From contig JBCCHT010000007.1 of NCBI GenBank assembly GCA_039028615.1, forward strand, positions 32,001 through 96,000: a DNA stretch of 64,000 bases. Reading direction: 5' to 3'. Positions 60,194 to 64,000 of this stretch are shown in pieces. The position numbers were made by a program, and so were the translations under genes. The DNA is from Myxococcota bacterium. GTDB taxonomy: Bacteria; Myxococcota_A; Polyangia; Nannocystales; Nannocystaceae. The notes below the pieces were generated by a model. The model ran no database searches. It saw nothing but the letters and a program-made list of their open reading frames with translations, and was not told the DNA's origin. How positions within the stretch are numbered: position 1 is the first letter of the stretch; each line of letters begins with the position of its first letter.

Positions 60194-61648
60194 ATGACCC
60201 ACGGCTCGCTGCTCTCCCTGTCGGTACTCGTCGCCCTCGCTCCGGCCGCCGCCATCGCGGCCCCGGACGCGTCGGGCGAGGCGAGTGCCTCCGTGTCGGT
60301 GGGCGGCTCGACCCGCGGCGACGCGACCGAAGCCGATCCGGCCGATCGCAAAGACCGGCCGTGGATCCGCCGCTGGACCCCTGAAAACGGGATGATCGAG
60401 GTGGGCCTCTACGGCGGCGTGCTGCTGCCCTCCCCCCGCATGGAGCTGTTCGAGGCCGACACCGATCTGCCCGCGCAAGGCCACAAGCCCTTCGCCACCG
60501 TGGCCCCCGACTTCGGCATTCGGGCCAGCTTCCTGCCGATCCGCTTCTTCGGGGTCGAGGCCGAGGGCGGAGCCATGCCCACGCGCACCACCACCGACGA
60601 GGCCGCCCTGCTGTGGACGGCCCGCGGGAGCCTGGTGGGGCAGCTCGGCATCCGCAGCGTCACCCCGTTCGTGCTCGTGGGCGGCGGGCTCATCGGGGTC
60701 GCCAGCGAGCGCAGCTCGGTGGGCAACGACGTCGATGCTTCGGCGCACTTCGGCGGTGGGCTCAAGATCTTCACCAGTCGCTACACCAACCTGCGACTCG
60801 ACGTCCGCGACATCATCACCGCCCGCCGGGGCAACAACGCGGGCGTGGTGCACAACCCGGAGGTCCTGCTCGGGTTCGGCGTCACCCTGGGTCGCCACAA
60901 GGAGCGGCCCGTACCGCCGCCCTCCGACATCGATCGCGATGGCGTCCCCGATGCCGACGACGAGTGTGTCGATCGGCCCGGTCTCCCCGAGCTTCGGGGC
61001 TGCCCCATTCCCGACACCGATGGCGATGGCATCCTCGACCCCGACGACGAGTGCGTCGAAGAAGTCGGCGTGCCCGAGTACCGGGGCTGCCCCATCCCCG
61101 ACACCGACGGTGACGGCATCCTCGACCCCGACGACGAGTGCGTCGAAGAAGTCGGCGTGCCCGAGTACGCGGGCTGCCCCATCCCCGATACCGACGGCGA
61201 CGGCATCCTCGATCCCGACGACAAGTGCGTCGAACAGATCGAGTCTCTCAACGGCTTCGAAGACACCGACGGTTGTCCCGACGAGGTGCCCCAAGAGGTC
61301 GCTCGCTTCACCGGGGTCATCGAAGGCATCGTCTTCGCGACCGGCAAGGCGACGATCCGCAACAAGTCCCACAAGGTCCTCGGCGCCGCGCTCTCCGTGT
61401 TGCGCAAGTACGAGACCCTGCGCGTGGAGATCACCGGGCACACCGACGATCGCGGACCACAGGAAGTGAACACACGACTGAGCGGTCGTCGGGCCGAGGC
61501 GGTGAAGGCGTGGTTGGTCGAGCGAGGCATCGACGAGTCGCGGATCGTTACCCGGGGGGCCGGTCCGTCCATGCCGATCGCCCCGAACACCAGCAAACGT
61601 GGTCGGGCGAAGAATCGGCGGATCGAGTTCAAATTACTGACCGACTGA
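60194..61648 (+). CDS. OmpA-family protein (beta-barrel + TSP3 repeats + OmpA_C)
   Basis: DTDGDGILDPDDEC repeats; FATGKA, EITGHTD, LSGRRAEAV, NRRIEF. Confidence 0.95.
   Translation: MTHGSLLSLSVLVALAPAAAIAAPDASGEASASVSVGGSTRGDATEADPADRKDRPWIRRWTPENGMIEVGLYGGVLLPSPRMELFEADTDLPAQGHKPFATVAPDFGIRASFLPIRFFGVEAEGGAMPTRTTTDEAALLWTARGSLVGQLGIRSVTPFVLVGGGLIGVASERSSVGNDVDASAHFGGGLKIFTSRYTNLRLDVRDIITARRGNNAGVVHNPEVLLGFGVTLGRHKERPVPPPSDIDRDGVPDADDECVDRPGLPELRGCPIPDTDGDGILDPDDECVEEVGVPEYRGCPIPDTDGDGILDPDDECVEEVGVPEYAGCPIPDTDGDGILDPDDKCVEQIESLNGFEDTDGCPDEVPQEVARFTGVIEGIVFATGKATIRNKSHKVLGAALSVLRKYETLRVEITGHTDDRGPQEVNTRLSGRRAEAVKAWLVERGIDESRIVTRGAGPSMPIAPNTSKRGRAKNRRIEFKLLTD
60998..61232 (+). repeat. 87-bp intragenic tandem repeat (TSP3 Ca-binding units)
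   Basis: GCPIPDTDGDGILDPDDECVEEVGVPEY(R/A), about 2.7 copies, near-identical at DNA level. Confidence 0.9.
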
Positions 61649-61839
61649 TCTATCGCGTTCGGGCCGCTCGCTTGCGTCGGACGATTAGTCGTCTTCGTCG
61701 GCGGCAGCCTGACTACGTGTAAGGGCAGTGCCAAATCCCACCAAAACTAAACTTGGTGAGTTCGGCTCAAAAGGGACCTCGCGTCACGTTTTAGGGTTGC
61801 GTGTTCGTTCGAAGAACAGCAGGATCGACACGTCGGCCC

Positions 61840-61855
61840 TGGCATGTGCGTTGCA
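61840..61855 (+). promoter_or_regulatory. Sigma54 -24/-12 promoter candidate
   Basis: (C)TGGCATGTGCGTTGCA matches TGGCAy-N5-TTGCW with exact GG-N10-GC spacing, in a non-coding region of lower GC. Confidence 0.65.
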
Positions 61856-61865
61856 CATCGCTGGA

Positions 61866-62076
61866 CATCAACGGGACTTGTTGTTTTCGTCGTCGGCAAT
61901 ACCGACCAACCAAGAACCGCGACACTTCAAGAGCTACAGCGCGACCGTGGTCACCGTTCGGGTCACATTTTGGGGGCGACCCGGGCGGTGGCCCATTTTC
62001 GCCAGCACGAGTTAATGCGACCGAGGTCGCCGCTCGGACCCAATTTGGGGGCGGTCCGGGCGGCGACCGTTTTATT
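61866..62076 (+). ncRNA. Candidate structured small RNA with two tandem hairpin units
   Basis: Lies downstream of the sigma54 motif; two 16-bp stems with compensatory changes, G-U pairs only on this strand, conserved loops and U-runs. Ends are inferred. Confidence 0.5.
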
Positions 62077-62126
62077 GACCACCGGCCGGGAACGGTACGA
62101 CCGCGGGTTGGAACCCCCGTCGAAGC

Positions 62127-63602
62127 TCACTCCAGGCGGAACTCGATGCGTCGGTTCTGAGCTCGTCCGCGCTTGGACTTGTTGTCGGCAATCGGCTCGT
62201 CCGGACCCGCGCCGCGAGTGGTGATGCGTGAAGCATCGACGCCCTTGTCGACCAAGTAGTCCTTCACTGCGTCGGCCCGACTCTGCGACAGCGCCATGTT
62301 CTTGTCGCGCTTGCCCTTGCTGTCGGTGTGCCCGCTGATCTCGACCTTCACGCCTTCGTACTTGTTCAACACCCCGGCGACCTCGTCGAGGATGCCCTTG
62401 GACTTCTTGCGGATGGTCGACTTCCCGGTGTCGAAGCGGATGCCCTCGAGGACACCATTGAACTTCGAGATTTCGTCCGGCAGGTCGTCGGGGCAGCCGT
62501 CGGTGTCTTCGAAACCGTTGTAGTTCTCCGGCTCGTTCTCGCACGAGTCGCTGATGTCGAGGATGCCGTCGCCGTCGGAGTCGGGGATCGGGCAGCCGTT
62601 GGGACCGTCGCCCCACTCTTCGGGGCACTCGTCGCGACCGTCGTCGATGCCGTCGCGGTCACCGTCGCGGGTGGTCGGGCAGCCATCGTCGCCGTCGCCC
62701 CACTCGTCGGGGCACTCGTCGTAGTAGTCGGAGATGGTGTCGTCGTCGCGGTCGGACCGCTGCTCTCGCCACTTGTCGCCGACCCACTTGGTGAGGCGAA
62801 TGTTCACCTCGATCCCGAACAGCAGCTCGCCGTGGTGGGCCCGGCCTCCGGTGGTGCTGGTGCCGGTCACGATGTGCCGACCGTCCATGCGTACCGCGAC
62901 CCAGTCGTTGATGTAGAACTTCGCGCCCGGGCCCCAGTGGAACGCGGGGTCGGTGCTGTTGAGGATGTCGGAGCCGGCCGAGCGCGCGCCCAAGACCCCG
63001 CCACCCACCGCGAGGGTCGGCGACAGCCGATACGGCAGCGCTCCGATGACGTGCCCGCGCACCGCGAAGAAGTGGGCGCTGGTCCCTTCGCTCGCGCTAT
63101 TGGTGGGCATGCCTCCGCCCTCGAAGCCGACCCCGACGTAGGGGATGGGCATGTACTCGAGGCGGAACCCGGCGTCGAAGTTGCTGCGGCGAGTGCTGGG
63201 CTGCGGACCCAGGCTGCGATCGAAGAGCCCGTGGTTGTTGGCGCGCCAGAACACACCCAGGTAGCCCCCCGCGTTGAGCATGTGATTGGTCGGCTTGTAG
63301 CGCTGGAAGAAGGGCCGGTTGTCCTTCTCCTTGGGCTTTCGCTTGCGCTTGCCTTCGCCGCTGGCCTTCGCCCCGCCGCCCAGGCTCACCGACGCACTGC
63401 CCGACGCCGACGCCCCCGAGTCCTCGTCGTCGGCGTCGCTCGCCGGCGCCTCGTCCTCCTCGTCGTCGAGCACGAGGTCGTCGTCCTCGGCATCGGGTGC
63501 CGCCACCGCGAGACTGGGGACGAGCCACGGGGCCAAACCCAGGCCCAGGCTCAACATAATCACGCGGGAGGGGTCGAACACCGTTCGTCGTAGCTGTGCC
63601 AT
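62127..63602 (-). CDS. OmpA-family protein (beta-barrel + TSP3 repeats + OmpA_C), paralogue of 60194..61648
   Basis: DSDGDGILD repeats; FDTGKS, EISGHTD, LSQSRADAV, NRRIEF; start may be at MLSLGL. Confidence 0.95.
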   Translation of the reverse strand: MAQLRRTVFDPSRVIMLSLGLGLAPWLVPSLAVAAPDAEDDDLVLDDEEDEAPASDADDEDSGASASGSASVSLGGGAKASGEGKRKRKPKEKDNRPFFQRYKPTNHMLNAGGYLGVFWRANNHGLFDRSLGPQPSTRRSNFDAGFRLEYMPIPYVGVGFEGGGMPTNSASEGTSAHFFAVRGHVIGALPYRLSPTLAVGGGVLGARSAGSDILNSTDPAFHWGPGAKFYINDWVAVRMDGRHIVTGTSTTGGRAHHGELLFGIEVNIRLTKWVGDKWREQRSDRDDDTISDYYDECPDEWGDGDDGCPTTRDGDRDGIDDGRDECPEEWGDGPNGCPIPDSDGDGILDISDSCENEPENYNGFEDTDGCPDDLPDEISKFNGVLEGIRFDTGKSTIRKKSKGILDEVAGVLNKYEGVKVEISGHTDSKGKRDKNMALSQSRADAVKDYLVDKGVDASRITTRGAGPDEPIADNKSKRGRAQNRRIEFRLE

Positions 63603-63782
63603 GCAATGCGGCTTTCGGGGCGAGATGGAGGTCGGTGAAGGCGAAAAACCTACATCTTCACGCTACACGGCCGGCGCGGGGAAGGTCAATTTCCTCGACC
63701 GCTGCGCCCCCTTTTCGGAGCAACCACGGCCTGGATTCTGGCTCCCGCCACGGTCGGTGGGGCTCGATGCCCCACTGACTTT

Positions 63783-64000
63783 TCAAACCTCGTCGCAGGT
63801 GGTGCCGACCGGCGCCTCGAGCTGACAGCTCACCTCGACCGAAGTGCCCGCCGCGATCGGAACGCCCGGGCGTCGCTCGATCACGAACTCGAGGTTCGAC
63901 CCCACGGTGACGCACTGCGGCGACATGTCGTCGACGTCGTTGGGCGTCGACTCGTCGGGATCGGTCAGCGCCAAGTAGCACGCGTCGACATCGGGTGAGG
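63783..64000 (-). CDS. 3' end of a Cys-containing hypothetical protein entering from beyond the window
   Basis: Frame is open to the window edge: ...VDACYLALTDPD...QCVTVGSNLEFVIERRPG...VSCQLE...CDEV*. Confidence 0.6.
   Translation of the reverse strand, partial: SPDVDACYLALTDPDESTPNDVDDMSPQCVTVGSNLEFVIERRPGVPIAAGTSVEVSCQLEAPVGTTCDEV

Noticed and set aside
57839..61441. 1200-aa antisense ORF, and similar long shadow ORFs (8214..10205, 17693..19702, 21929..24418, 31080..33089, 52868..54766)
   Set aside because: They lie opposite genes with clear motifs and have none of their own. Long stop-free antisense frames are expected with high GC3.
61728..62015. 95-aa ORF in the ompA intergenic gap
   Set aside because: Atypical codon use, no motifs, and it runs through the sigma54 motif and the first hairpin.
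61941..62073. Mini-CRISPR array
   Set aside because: Only two ~58-bp units with a ~17-bp gap, units diverge by covariation, and there are no cas genes.
60194..63602. TraB (outer-membrane exchange) assignment for the TSP3-OmpA proteins
   Set aside because: No adjacent traA-like gene is recognisable in the window, and the barrels look like small OmpA-type ones. The truncated gene upstream of 63602 cannot be evaluated.

Overview
This is high-GC, gene-dense chromosomal DNA. The gene content points to a myxobacterium, probably Nannocystaceae-like (inference): seven Hanks-type Ser/Thr kinases, many Cys-rich FG-GAP/RCC1/Kazal-like lipoproteins, TPR proteins and TSP3-OmpA proteins. About 45 CDS are supportable, including apaG, uppS-cdsA, pspA, infA, an MlaF-type ATPase, a LysM-MepA endopeptidase and a phosphorelay/sigma54 activator cluster. 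I see no rRNA, tRNA, CRISPR array or transposase. The main leads are five. (1) A candidate sigma54-driven small RNA at ~61.84-62.08 kb, with two tandem 16-bp hairpins showing compensatory base changes. (2) A candidate trans-envelope signalling operon: dCache-HAMP cyclase, kinase with pseudo-receiver, LysM-FecR-Fn3-beta-barrel fusion and OmpA. (3) A non-coding 235-bp near-perfect inverted repeat pair at 28.8/29.5 kb, each arm itself a long hairpin. (4) A 1344-aa repeat protein ending in an HEXXH peptidase domain, with a coupled partner gene. (5) A six-fold zinc-ribbon protein. All domain calls come from reading motifs by eye; no database search was run.
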